Below, piece by piece: positions 49,488 to 62,420 of a stretch of DNA of 64,000 nucleotides. A program made the position numbers and the translations under genes. The stretch's first letter is position 1. Every line of letters begins with the position of its first letter. The notes beneath the pieces were generated by a model. It was not told the origin of the DNA. It worked only from the letters and a program-made list of their open reading frames with translations, and did not search any database. This DNA is from Felis catus (lineage: Eukaryota): NCBI RefSeq assembly GCF_018350175.1, contig NC_058368.1, forward strand, positions 62,808,001 to 62,872,000. Direction: 5' to 3'.

Positions 49488-50307
49488 AAATTTTGACTTT
49501 TAAATGAAAATGTAAATATTTTGTCAAATTTGATAAAAATTAAAATATCATTGCACTTCTACTTATTCATAACATGGAAGAAAATCAAGGTAAAATCATC
49601 ATCAGAGTTTAAAGTTTAAATCTTACTTATAAACCAGGCCAATGGGCAATTAAGATGTACTTATTAAGTAGCTCTATTAAGATGAATTATCCTAATATGG
49701 TTCTTAAATTAGCTCAAAATTTACATAATAAGCAATAATTATAAATATGAAGGGTCCTATCTTCTGTTTCATTATCAACACCTCCTTTGCATATATCAAC
49801 TGAGGTTAAGGAGGGCAAGTTCAGAATATAATAATCATACAACCTGTCTCCTTGGCAAGCTAATCTCTTCTACTAAAGTACAAAGGTACAGACACAAATC
49901 TGCCTTTAGAACAAATAATTACTTCCTTTATGATTTTATTTTAATATTAAGTTTTTCTTCTAAAGAGTTTAGGAAATGCCTAAAGACAGAATCCAGCATC
50001 ATAATTAAATTTAGCTAACAAACCCCACACCTTTAAAGCCCACATTTTCATCATAAATTAGAACCCCAGGAAATAAATCTCTACTATAAATTTTAATTTT
50101 GTTAATAATTAAATAAATCCAGACTAATAAGTGGCTAATCACCTTGCATTGAATTGTAACAAGAAATAGTGGATACAAAAAGGTGTGTAGGCTTTATACA
50201 CATTCTTTATGCTGAGTCCCATTCATAGAGGGGGAGGGAAAAAAAAGAGGAGAGAAAGAGAGAGAAAGTAAACCTCTCTTGTGTTTTGGCAGTCAAGAAT
50301 AAAATAT

Positions 50308-50549
50308 GTAAGACAGAGAAAGACAAACGCCATATGATCTCACTTATATGTGGAGTCTTAATCAACAATAATAACCAAATTCAGAAATCAGAGGACAGCT
50401 TTGTGGTTGCCCAATGAGGGGATGGGAGTGGGTGAAGGGGGTCAAAGGGCACAAACTTCCAGTTGCAAAGTAAATAAATCCTGGGGATGTAATGTACAAC
50501 ATGATGATTACTGTTAACAATACTTTATTGTGTATTTGAAAGTTGCTAA
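50308..50549 (+). mobile_element. L1MA9-like 3' UTR fragment
   Basis: 'acagagaaagacaaa...atgatctcacttatatgtgga...acaaacttccagtt...ggatgtaatgtacaacatg...ttgaaagttgctaag'. Confidence 0.85.
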
Positions 50550-50767
50550 GGGGCGCCTGGGTGGCGCAGTCGGTTAAGCGTCCGACTTCAGCCAGGTCAC
50601 GATCTCGCGGTCCGTGGGTTCGAGCCCCGCGTCAGGCTCTGGGCTGATGGCTCAGAGCCTGGAGCCCGTTTCCGATTCTGTGTCTCCCTCTCTCTCTGCC
50701 CCTCCCCCGTTCATGCTCTGTCTCTCTCTGTCTCAAAAATAAATAAATGTTAAAAAAAAAAATTAAA
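50550..50767 (+). mobile_element. Very young felid Can-SINE
   Basis: CpG-rich, near-identical to the copy at 10215; no TSD found. Confidence 0.97.
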
Positions 50768-51969
50768 AGTACATGAATAAGCACTTCTTTAACAGGTGGT
50801 AATTTTTTGATGTCTCCTTTTCATTTAAAATCTGTGCTAACACTTGATTTCCATACCAGAGTTTTATGCTAGCATCTTTCACTAATCCTGTATCATACAT
50901 CCCTGGAATGAAAAACCTTTCATCATACTCTACATTACACTTGAAATGCAATTTTTATTTCTATGATTAGAAGCCTCCAAGTTTTAAAAGAAATTATGTA
51001 AATTGAGTTTTCATTTCAATTATTAATAGTAGGTGATTAATAAAAAAACAACATAAAATGCTATAAATTTTGCTAATGACTAATCACTGGGAAATGTTTT
51101 TCTTAATGACAGGAAAAACCTAATACTTATTGCTAGAATGAAGCCCAAGTATGTAATGACTTTTATAGCAATATATTTTTTAGATGCCAACGCTGAGAAA
51201 ACGTGTTTATGTAAATGAGAATGGAAGGTGTTTCATTATAATATTTCATTCAATGATTTGAATGACTTTGGATTTATAGGCTAGAAATCACACAGTGATT
51301 GATCATTACAAGTTAATTTTTATTAATTTATTTTCTGGCAATTTAATTTGCCCATCCTTTCAATTTTGTGGAGGCAAAGAAATGTACAAAGATTTCTTCC
51401 CCAGTTATTAAAGTCAATCTAAAGTCAAACTAAACACATTTTTAGTTTCTTAGAAGTATACTATACCTGTTAATTTTCCCCTTAGAAAGAAATGTGTTTA
51501 AAATATTTGGATAATTTGGACAAATTGTTTTTAATCTCAATACACAAATATACATATACATAAATAAATTTTCATCACATGATTTAAATATATTTTCAGG
51601 AAAACTTTGGAGCTGCACATGTAGCTCCATTAATTTCAAATATATCTACCATATAGGCTAATTGGCAAACCTAGTCCTTATTGTCTAACCAAGAAGGCAA
51701 ATTAGAATTGCTTTCTATCATGAAAAGACTGAATACATTTTTCAATGAAAATATTTGTATTAATACAAATCCTAAGACCACTGGTTCTCTTTTAGTTTTT
51801 ACTTAAGAGAGAAAATTTAGTCTCTCTCAAAAGATAGAAAATAGGTCTTACTGAAATGAAAAAGAGTTGGAATTATCCCTTTATTTGGCACCTTGGAGAT
51901 ATTTATACGCATAAAAATGCAGCATAGCAAGACTCAGGGTGGCCAGGAGGTGCGTATATACTTCTTTTG

Positions 51970-51971
<2 letters not shown>

Positions 51972-52004
<33 letters not shown>
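51972..52004. repeat. (GA)n microsatellite
   Basis: Seen directly. Confidence 0.95.
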
Positions 52005-52005
<1 letters not shown>

Positions 52006-54579
52006 AACTGGGAAGGTGAGGTGAGAGAGAAAAATCCATGGGAAGGACTTTGTGTAGACACAGGATCTCAGGTGTCCAAGCCCATGCCCCCTTTAGGCAA
52101 TCTTGGGTACCTCTCAAGTGTATGAATATTTAAGGTCAAAGCCAATGGGAAAAGAAAGAGGCTTAGCTTATTTCCCACCATGTAATTGTGAAGACTGTCA
52201 AGATCCAAGAGGTGTTTGAAATGGAAGAAAGGCAGAGATTTCAGATAGAGTGAGGAAGTTAAAGGAACCAGAGAACCGAAAAAACTGACTGGAGGTTGTG
52301 ATGTGAGAAAGGAAGAGTTTCTTGTGAGGACACACTCTGCCTGAGAGCAAGGCTTGTGTTGATGTTCCCAAATTCTGGACAGGAAGGCTCCATGTTCACA
52401 TATAATCCATTAGAATGAATTAGGTCCCTCTTGTGTTTCAGTGATGCTTTCCAGGAACATAACCCTCACTGATAGAGAAGGAATGCTAGAGTCCTTTGTA
52501 CTTCTATGATTTCCATTCCCACTGGCTGACTTTCACTGAAATGGTCAATCAATCCTAGCATTTGCTGAAATAATCTGAAGAATGCCATCACAGAAATTTT
52601 ACCAATAAATTGATATACAGATGATTTTTTGCTTAAGCAAGATCATTTTAGAAAGAATGGGCTGTTATGGTTGTTTAAAATCTAGATATAAATTCAAACC
52701 AAAGGGATATTATGTTCTTTCAGCAATAGCCCTTGACTCCAAGCTAAAATGCATTGAATGACTTTTGCCCTGCAGATGTCCATGTGAGTCCTGAAGGGAT
52801 TGACTGATTTTAGTGTGTAAATTAGTATCTAGGTTGAATGGTAATCAGAGGGCTATGAATAGATAATTGAGGACTTTGAAAATTAATCTGATTAAAACGA
52901 TAAAAAGGATAAAAATATGCAATACCTCAAATTCATTGCTAATCAGTGGGGTTTTGTAGTGGTTTGAGCTGTTCTGTACTAATAATTTATGACTTTATAT
53001 AAATTCTTTTTGAAAAAGTGGTATTCATTTAATGTGACCAGGAATGCAATTTGTCCTCGTGAAATAGAATAATATTCTCTGTCCCACATAGGAGAGGAAT
53101 CCAGACCTTGGCTTATTATCTATCATCTATGAAACCACAAGTAAAAGAATTTGAGTTACTTTTTCACAGACAATATCCTCATTATTTCAGTCATTTTACA
53201 AAAGGATGTTCATATTCAAAAGAAATTTGGTCAGCATTCATAGTATTTCAAATAAAATAATTAGGTCATATTAGGTGTTTTAAAGGGGGGCATTTTGGAT
53301 ACAAGAACAATATTATAGCAATTTTAGTAGTAGTAAATTACCACACATCTTTCATTTTTAAAAAACAGTTATTTAAGGATTTCGATGTTATATGTTAAGA
53401 CATGATTTTCAGCATCTACATTTTTAATGTTTTCTTAAAATTCAGGCATAGATTTTTATAGAGAATATAAAAAATTCAAATAGTTTTCTACAAAAAAGTA
53501 GTCAGTGAGTGACAATTCTGTATGTATTTAGTTTTTATTAAATATGATTTAATAATTATATTTTTCTATAGCAACACTCATAATATGTTCTTTAGAATTC
53601 TAGAAAGAAAGCAAGACATTGTTTTTGTTTTTTTTAATGAAATAAGACTTTGTGGTAATAGTAATCCCTTATGAAACCACTCAAATTTCAATCAATACAT
53701 GAAGAATAATAGCAAAATGAAATTATAGTAATTCTTTTTTTTTGGACTTCCAGCATATAGTACCAAAATTTTATATTCATTTTCATTAATTAGGCATAAC
53801 CTATAAGACAATCTAAGAAAAATGGTTAATCAGAAACTCAAGTTGTGTGTTAATTATGATCCATTGAAACATTTTATATCACAGCATAAGCTTTTTATAT
53901 TATCTTCAGCTTGCAAAGCTAATGTTAATTACTGTATGGATTAATAGCTGTCAAGTGTGTCCTACTTTCAGTATAAATGAATATAAATTAGCTTCATATT
54001 TTGGCAATAAATAGGGTACATCACTTTTGGAATTCTTTTAACTCTTATATGTACATATCCTCATAGAATTTAGAGAAGTCATTATATATTTCTCTGAAAA
54101 TAAAATTGTTCTTAATTCTGAAGCAAGAATAACCTTGGTTCTGTTTCTTCCTCTAATTGACATTGCTGATTGAGCAGACAGCAGGATATCAGGCCACTAA
54201 GGAACATGCACTGTGGAGAATGAACCAGGCCTAAGGCAATGACCCTGAGCTGCCACCATTAAAAACCCTTTATGTAATTTTCCCCTAACACACTGCTTTG
54301 CTCGTTAAAAATGAATTGGTATTAAAACATTTTATTTTTCCCATTAGTTATTCAAGGTTTCAAAACTAAGTTCATTTCATTTAAGACAAAACCAAATAAA
54401 CCTGAAAAATTTAAAACAGTTTATCAGTCTTATTATGAATAAATGTTAAGAATTTCTCTCTCTCTCTCTCGCTCTCTCTCGCTGTCTCTTTTTCTTAATA
54501 TATTGAAAATGGTTCATAGATCCTCCAGTACTAAATTTGCTTTCTCTAGAAATCAGATTGGCTATAGTTTCTTTCCTGT

Positions 54580-54750
54580 AGATTATGGTTCTCATTTTAC
54601 ACCATTAGAGTCTTGCAACAACAATCCTAGTGTTTGTTTCCTGGATTCCACTGTCTCTTTACTCTCATTTATTCCATAGTTCACTGCCAGAGCAGTAGTT
54701 CTTATTTTCTTAAAAATGTCATTATTTCATGCAATGTCCCTCTTTTCCTT
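54580..54750 (+). mobile_element. L2 fragment
   Basis: 'cttgcaacaacaatcctag...cactgccagagcag...ttttcttaaaa...atttcatgcaatgtccct'. Confidence 0.5.
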
Positions 54751-55440
54751 ACCTATTCAGTATTACCAATAAACAAATAAAAACTAGAAAACTGAAGAGA
54801 TACCGCTATCCCCAAACAATGGAAGGTTACCTTCAACCATGGTTATATTCCAGTACATTAGACCAACCAAATGGAAACCCAAAAAGATGTTGCTTCTTGG
54901 GGCTCAGCTCTATATTCCACTATCCATCTTTATTCTGTAAAGCTTGTCTTGTTCCAGTTTTGACACTAGCCATTTATGGCCAACTTCAGAAGTATAAAAG
55001 CCCCAGTTAGAATATGTCCCTAGCTGATGACCTCAAGAAGATGATAAAACTAGAGTACAGCATGATAAATCTAATTTTTGAAGACAAGAGCCCAAATTAA
55101 TGCAGCAATTGAGTTGTTTTGCCAATGAATACTTTGACCCTGTATTAGATTCCCATAACAATGTGCCATAACAAATGACCACAATAGGTAGCTTAAAACA
55201 GAAATTTAATCTCTCAGTTGTAGAGGCTGAATGTCTCAAATCCAGATGTCAGCACGTCCCTGCTGCCTCCAAAGCCTCGAGGAGAGTATCTTTCCTTGCT
55301 TCCTCCATCCAGCTTCTATTAGTTCCAGGTGTTTCCTGGCTTATGGATGCTTTTTCACTCCAGTCTCTGCTTCCATCTTCACATGATAGTCTCCCCATGT
55401 GTCTGTATCAAAATGTCCCTCTTATAAAAAACACCAGTTA

Positions 55441-55660
55441 GGGGCGATTGGGTGGCTTAGTCAGTTAAGCGTCCAATTCTGGATTTTGGCTTAGGTCATG
55501 ATCTCATGGGTCATGAGATATTGAGCCCCACGTCAGGCTCTGTACTGATAGCACACAGCCTGCTTGGGATTCTCTATCTCCCTTTATCTCTCTGCTTCTC
55601 CCTCCCTTGAGTGTGCACACTCCCTCTCTCACTCAAAATAAATAAATAAACACTTTAAAG
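55441..55660 (+). mobile_element. Can-SINE
   Basis: Full body. Confidence 0.94.
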
Positions 55661-55676
55661 AAAAATACCAATTATA

Positions 55677-55832
55677 GGGGAAGCTGGTGGCTCAGTCGGC
55701 CAAGCATCTGACTTTGGCTCAGGTCGTTATCTCAGGGATCATGACTTGGAGCCCTGCCTCGGGCTCTGCGCTGATAGCTCAGAGCCTGCAATCTGCTTCT
55801 GATTCTGTGTCTGCCTCTCCCTCTACCCCTCT

Positions 55833-55884
<52 letters not shown>

Positions 55885-55927
55885 AATAAATAAAAACATT
55901 AAGAAAATTAAGAAAATAAAACAAAAC
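55677..55927 (+). mobile_element. Felid Can-SINE with long (CT)n
   Basis: Full body. Confidence 0.94.
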
Positions 55928-56444
55928 AAAATACCAGTTGTATGCAATTAGCACTCCCACCAACAACCTCATTTAATTCATGTATGCCTACAAAGACCTT
56001 GTTTCCAAATAAGATCAAATTCACAAATACCAGGGTTCAGACGTCAATATATCTATTTTGGGGGGATATGATTCTATTAATAAAAGAACCTATTTTGGAA
56101 AAGCAACTTCAGAGAAATTGCCTCTGTAGTTTTAGGGGATATATAATTCTGGATGATGAGCTACAAAATACAACCACTGGAAAAAAGTTCTCCTGGGTTA
56201 GTTAGATAAAACTTATTTATTATTACTTAAGCCCCACTTATCCTTTTCATTTTATGACAAAGTTATGTTTGTTCTTAATACGCTTACAGAGGAGTTTTCA
56301 GAAACTTACCCTTTTGCTTTGGATGGGCTACTGTATTTTATATATATATATATAATGATAATTTATATATATATAAAATATATAGTAACCATAAATCCTC
56401 ATATAACTAAAAAAGAAGTCAAATAATGAGTGCTCTTTAAAGCA

Positions 56445-56890
56445 TTATATCTGGAGAAAAATCTGAGGAATCAGGGAGTTAAAAAAAAGTCATTTGGTAA
56501 CTGTCTTTGGAAAGACTTTATGGGGGGGTGTGATTTGAGAAGGGATTAAAGTAACTTTGCTCATCTTCAGAAGGCATAAATAGCACAGAAGGGTCAAGGG
56601 TATGAGGAGACAAATTTCAGTACAGTGTCAAGAATGATGCATTTTATGATATCCAGGCTTAAAATCAAATACGTGTGACAGTAATCTTATTAAAAGAAGT
56701 CTTCAGATGTGGATAATCCCTTCCATGAGATTAAAAAAAAAAAAACACCACATTTAATACGCACAGACTATGTGACAAGATCCAGGGATGTGGCCAACAC
56801 CAGCCCTGAGGATGTAAGTTTTGCTTGGATGCACTGAGCTGGACCTGGTCCCCTAAAGAGTCCTCCAATCTCCAGGATTATGGCTCTGGT
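56445..56890 (+). mobile_element. L3/CR1 3' end
   Basis: 'ggtaactgtcttt...agaagggatta...ggagacaaatttcagtacagtgtcaagaa...ctaaagagtcctccaatctccaggattatg'. Confidence 0.6.
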
Positions 56891-57639
56891 ATACTATTAA
56901 ACCTTTAAGGACAGGTCTAGCATGTTATTGAATTTGTAACTTAAATTCAATAAACAGAGTGATTTTGATTATAAAATACAATACAGTACGGAGAAATCAT
57001 CATAATATATAAAGTCATCTTCTGGTCAGATATATCTGCTCCTTGCTGAGGATCAAAGACATGGCTATTTTTTTCCTACCATAGCCTCAGCTTCATTGAG
57101 GGTCCTGATAAGGATAAAGTATTGTAAGCTGTAAAGTACTGTCTCCCCAGCCCAAAGGGGAGAAAACATACTGGCACATCCGGTAATAGGAGATGAACTA
57201 ATTATTTCTAACTTAATTACCAGAAATTCTTGTATGGTTGATGTTGGTATCAATTTAGCTCTGAAAAGCAAATATGTAAATAGAATGCAAATCACAATAA
57301 TCAGTAAGCTAAATTGTTTGTAATAAATGCAGATATTTTACATTTTCTCTTGGCTCATCAGAAATGATTGGAGAATATAAACTATCTCACTGGAATTAAT
57401 GCAGGTTCTCCACTGCCATTAGTATTTTCCAGTATTACTTCACTCTTTCAAGAACTGAAATCATAAGGCATTAAAATGGAAAAACAGTGCTCTTTTAAGA
57501 TGTAATTATCCACTATAGCAAATTAACACTTTCAAGCTTCAGGTTCATAATTAAAGACCGAGAATCACCTAAGGTTTCCACAATCACCTGCCAACCTGGC
57601 CTTATTGTTGAAGGATATGAATAAATGGAGACTTTATTT

Positions 57640-58685
57640 CATTTTCAATTTGGTGAAAACATAGCTCAGTATAACTGATTAACTTCAGTTAGCTACAGTG
57701 ATGAAGAAAAAAAGCAAGAAAACACAGATAACAAGTTTCTCAAATGAAAGTGGTATCATCACTGAAGACTGACATTCAAAAGATAATAATGGAACACTGC
57801 AAAATATTTTATACCCGTAAATTGACAACTCAGATGAAATGACCAATACTTTGAAGTGTGCAAACTATTAAATATTGCTCAAGAAGAGATGAACTGCATA
57901 ATCCTGAACCTATTAATGAAATTCTATTCGTAGTTAAAAGCTTTCCATCAAAGAAAACTTCAGATCCAGAGAGTTTTACTTGTATGTGATACCAAAACCT
58001 TAAGGAATAAATAAAACCAATTCTACACATACTGTTCAAGAATATAGAAAAGCAGAGAATGCTCCCCAATTCACCTTATGAGGCCTGTATCACCCAGATA
58101 CCAAAAGCAGACAAAACATGAGAAAACCACACTATCCTTCATGAATAAAGATGCAAAACTCCTCAAAATATTAACAGACAGGATCCAACAATATATGAAA
58201 ATGATAATACATCAATACCAAGTGAGGTTTATCTAAAAAAATGTAAACCTGACTTGACGTTTAAACACCTTTCAATATAATACAACACATCAACTGACTA
58301 TAGGTGGAAGGGGGCATTTGACAATGTTATTATTTGCAGAAAAACATATTTAACGAAATTGAATCCACTTATGCTAAAAACTCTCAGTGGATAAGAATGG
58401 ATGGGAGCTTCCTCAAACTGGTTAGGAGCATATACTGAAAAACTACAGCTAATACTGTATTCTACTTAATGGTAAAAGAATGAATGCTTTTCCCATAAGA
58501 TTGAGACCAAGGCAAAGATGTTCACTGTTACTGCACTTATTGAATATCTTACTGAAATACCTGGGCAGGATAATAATGAAATAAAAATAAATAAAACATG
58601 TAACAGGCAAAGTATTAGAAACAAAAAATGAATTGCTCCTATTTTCAAACGGCATGATTGCTTCTATAGAAAATCTCAAGCATCA
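57640..58685 (+). mobile_element. L1 ORF2 fragment (post-endonuclease through RT ADD motif)
   Basis: 'aattgacaactcagatgaaatg' (KLDNLDEM), 'ccttatgaggcc...ataccaaaa', 'atgaataaagatgcaaaactcctc', 'caaacggcatgattg'. Confidence 0.88.
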
Positions 58686-58699
58686 CTGAAGACAATGTT

Positions 58700-59790
58700 A
58701 ACAGGAACAATTCTCAAGATGGAAAAATATGATCATGTCTGATTCAGTAAACAGTTTTAAAATAGATAATAATTGTCAGAATTACGAGGACAATTTTTCA
58801 AATCCTAATTCAAAGTAGGAGAAAGTGATAGCCTCTACTGAGAGTTGTTAGGCAGGCAACCTTAAAAAAAAGAGTAATGATTTAGAAATGTTGAATAATA
58901 ACATTAAGAAGTATCATCTTACTAATAGATAAACAAGGTTTACACTTACCTATCAGAAATACACATTTTTTCAAGAATACCTTAAATATTTTTCAAAATT
59001 GGCCATCTGACAAGGCACAAAGTAAATAAATGTTAATGAATGTGAAAAAATTAGTTTCATATACTCCACAAACCTTTAACCACAATGCAAATCAATTAGA
59101 GATTCTAAAAAAAAGATACATTCATATATAACTACATAAACGAATTAAAATGTATTTTAATATTCTATCAGTTACAGAAGAAATTATAATAGAAATGAGA
59201 AACTCTTTAGAACTGAACAGTAGTAGAAATATTCTTATAAAAAACTATGATATGCATATATATGTATATGTATATGCATATATATGTATATACATATATA
59301 TGCATATCATAGACATTTCTAGCCTTAAACCATTACATTTAAAAACAAATGAAAGAATAAAATTCATGAGCTAATATTTCAATATAAAAAGTTATGGAGG
59401 GGTATCTGGATGGCTCAATCCATTAAGTGTCCAACTCCTGATTTCAGCGCAGGTCAAGATCTCAAGGTTTTTGAGTATCAAGCCCTGTGGCAGTGCTGTG
59501 CTGAGGGTGGAGACTGCTTGGGATTCTCTCTCTCCCTTCCTCTTTATGCTTGTGTGCTCTCTCTCTCTCTCTAACTCTCAAAATAAATAAATATACATTA
59601 AAAATAGGGAAACAAAAGTAAAATAAGGGAAATACAAGCAGAAGGGTGGAAATAATAAAACTAAAATCATAGGTTAATGATCTAGAAAGCACAGGTGACT
59701 TAGAGGAGTGCCCAAATAAACAAAATCTAGTGATTTGTTATGAGTAATAAACAGCCCTCTGGTAATATTGATACAGAAAATAAGGACAAC
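58700..59790 (+). mobile_element. Old L1 ORF2 endonuclease-region fragment
   Basis: 'gaaatacacattttttcaag' (EYTFFS), 'aaaattggccat' (KIDH), 'accacaatgcaaatcaattagagat' (DHN.IKLEI). Confidence 0.75.
59399..59605 (+). mobile_element. Can-SINE
   Basis: Full body inside L1. Confidence 0.92.
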
Positions 59791-60885
59791 GAATTCCACT
59801 TAAATTTGGCACGTTTTAATCTCTAATCAATCGCTTGCAACTCCATGAATGTCACAATAAAGAAATAAACACACAAAAACAAAGAGAATGAACAAGTGAA
59901 GAAACAGCAGACGAGCGATGTCATAATTTTGAATACAGGTAACGTTTGAACAAACAGTAATGGCAAGGGCAGGAAAAAGGAAAGATGAACGTTGGCTAAG
60001 GATGAACCAACTTGATTGGGCCAATTTACACTCCAGTTTTCTGGAAAGGCTCTAGAACTGAGCACATCAGACTCCTCTCTTTCCAGGATGAGGCAGAAAC
60101 CAGATCAGCCCTTCCCCAGAGCCAGACACAGCTGCCTTCACTCTGACCAAAGCGTGGGTTGCATTAGAGCTCTGGACTCTGAAAAGCAGGCAAACTTGAC
60201 GCCAGGAGGTGAACTCAAGGTCTACGCATTTAACCATATACATACTCCCACAGAAATATACATATAAACAAATACACACACAGTACCGTTTTTTAGATAG
60301 GAAATTCAGTAATCAATTAACTTAGTCATGTTTAAAAAAAACAGTGGGAGGGTTTGCAAAAGCAAATATTTCAAAAATTCTTTATGACAGGGAAAGTGCT
60401 ATTCACCATCTAGCTGATATTTCATTTTTAATTCTTGTCAGTAGAGTCTCTACTGACTCATCTTACAGGAGTTGTCTCTTTACGTGGACTTTGTCTTTCA
60501 CTGACAGCTTCTTTTCAGTGTCCTGCCAGTCATCATCCAACTATGTATTTGGGGTACTGAAAAAATCAAGAGAAAACATGACGTTGCTTCCCGCTGGGCT
60601 TTATAATGGTATTACCGAGCCAGCATCAGTTTTTATATTAATTTCTGGGCTCTTCTTTTACCTTAATATGTGAGTAATTTAGACTGGTTCTTATCCATGC
60701 GAGGAGGAGGCTTGAGATTTGTATTTTTCATGAAAGGCTTTTTTTTTTCTTTTCTGTTTTCCAACCAAAATCACAGGGAGAGACAGATAAGCTTCATTGT
60801 TTTCTTTGAGTCAATAAGTGGGGTATTTTGCTTTCTTTTATGAACCCATGAGCTTTCCGAAGTGACAGCTCCAATGTTAGGTTCT

Positions 60886-61259
60886 TGTAGTGAACTCTAG
60901 TCCCCCACAGATGCCTTTTAGCACACCAGGATATCAATCCCCCAGCTGCTGTAAGTATGGACTTCTCATGACTTAATGCCACCCCTTTTCCTTAACAAAT
61001 GGCTTTTGGTTGAGAGGAGCCATCTGATCGGAGGGCACCTGGCTGCCACACCCCAGGCCGCAGCCAATGTCCCAGTGAAGTCAGGCTATAAAGTGTAAAT
61101 ACTTTTATACTCCACAGTCTTCCCTATGGGTTATGCCAAGGCTTTCCCTTCTCCTGACCTGCTTCATTTGCTCTCTATGGGCTTTCCTGAAGAGCATTCT
61201 TGAATAAATCATCTGCACCTGAATCCCTCTCTCCCAGCTCTGTCTAAAGGCCTAGAACA
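60886..61259 (+). mobile_element. ERVL LTR (LTR16-like)
   Basis: TG...CA ends; 'cccccagctgctg', 'gcagccaatg', 'ctataaag', 'aataaatcatctgcacctgaatccc'. Confidence 0.7.
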
Positions 61260-61476
61260 TAGGCCCATTTCCAAGAAAAAATTTCTACTCTTATCTTTCA
61301 CTATCTGGACCTGCTATGGTAGCAGCTCAGCACTTCTTGCAAAATGGAATCACCCTTTCTTTCAAGATGAAGTTTGCATTTAACTTTGTTTTTTGTTGTT
61401 ACATGTTTATGTAGGAGTCCTAGCTGTTTCTAGTAGGCAAGGTAGTTCTCATTAACTCATTCTTCTATGCTGTTGT

Positions 61477-61691
61477 TTTCTTTAAAGTTTTGTATTTATT
61501 TATTGTTTATTTTTGAGAAAGACAGAGAGAGTGCAAATAGGGGAGGACCAGAAGAAGAGGGAGAATCCCAACCAGGTTCTGCACTATTACTGTAGAGCCC
61601 GATGTGGGGCTCGAACTCAAGAAACTGTGAGATCATGACCTGACCTGAAATCAAGTCAGACGCTTAACCAACTGAGCCACCCACGGGCCCC
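61477..61691 (-). mobile_element. Can-SINE
   Basis: Antisense body; TSD ctatgctgtt. Confidence 0.94.
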
Positions 61692-61799
61692 TATGCTGTT
61701 TTCAAACTACAAAAGAGAAAAAAAAGTTCTATATCTAATTTTATTCTTAGTTCCTCTGAATATAGTTACATTTGTCCTGTATGTTTCAATTCATCTGTA

Positions 61800-62018
61800 G
61801 GGGCTCCTGGGTGGTGCAGTCCATTAAGCCTCCAACCCCTGATCTCAGCTCAGGTCATGATCTCACATTGGTGAGTTCAAGCCCTGCACTGGGATCTGAG
61901 CTGATGGTGTGGAGCCTGCTTGGGATTCTGTCTCTCCTTCTCTCTGCCCCTCCCCTACTTCTGCAGGTGTGTGTGTGTTCTCTCTCTCAAAAACATATAA
62001 ATAAACTTAAAAAAATTT
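61800..62018 (+). mobile_element. Can-SINE
   Basis: Full body; TSD aattcatctgta / aattcacctgta. Confidence 0.94.
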
Positions 62019-62149
62019 AATTCACCTGTAAATTAAAATTAAAATTAAAAATATTCACTTTATGTATAAGCACTCGGACACTTTAGTCAGCTTGAAGAGG
62101 GGTTAACTGACTATGTAAAGCACTTCTGATTAAGACAAGAGGACAGAGA

Positions 62150-62420
62150 ACAGGATAGTTACCTGTATATTGGGAATGGAAATAAGCACAGCTTTTTTTT
62201 TTAAGTAATCTGGCACTGTGTACCATGGATATTAAAAATATTCACACAATTTCACTCAATTATACTTCTTTCTTAAGGAAAACCTTTAAGGAAAAAAAAT
62301 TAAAATAGAAGGAGAAACATGCATAAAATGACAATGATATTTAGTGTTACTACAGAGAGTAATTGAAAACAACCTAAATGCTGCACAACAAATGAGTGTA
62401 AAATAAACATAAAAATGCAT
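62150..62420 (+). mobile_element. L1ME-like fragment
   Basis: 'gtaatctggca...aattgaaaacaacctaaatg'. Confidence 0.5.

Larger units (their letters stand above)
55141..56085 (-). mobile_element. MLT1B/C-like MaLR LTR split by two SINEs
   Basis: 'tgtattag...taacaaatgaccaca...cttaaaacagaaattta...ctccagtctctgcttccatcttcacatg' then 'aaagaccttgtttccaaataag...tttggggg'. Confidence 0.85.

Noticed and set aside
61477..62018. Second head-to-head SINE pair (108-bp spacer)
   Set aside because: Expected at this SINE density; both have independent TSDs.
5417..62020. Recurrent ORFs such as MAQLVK..SAQVMIS..LEPASDSVSPSL and their antisense forms
   Set aside because: Translations of Can-SINE copies, not a gene family.
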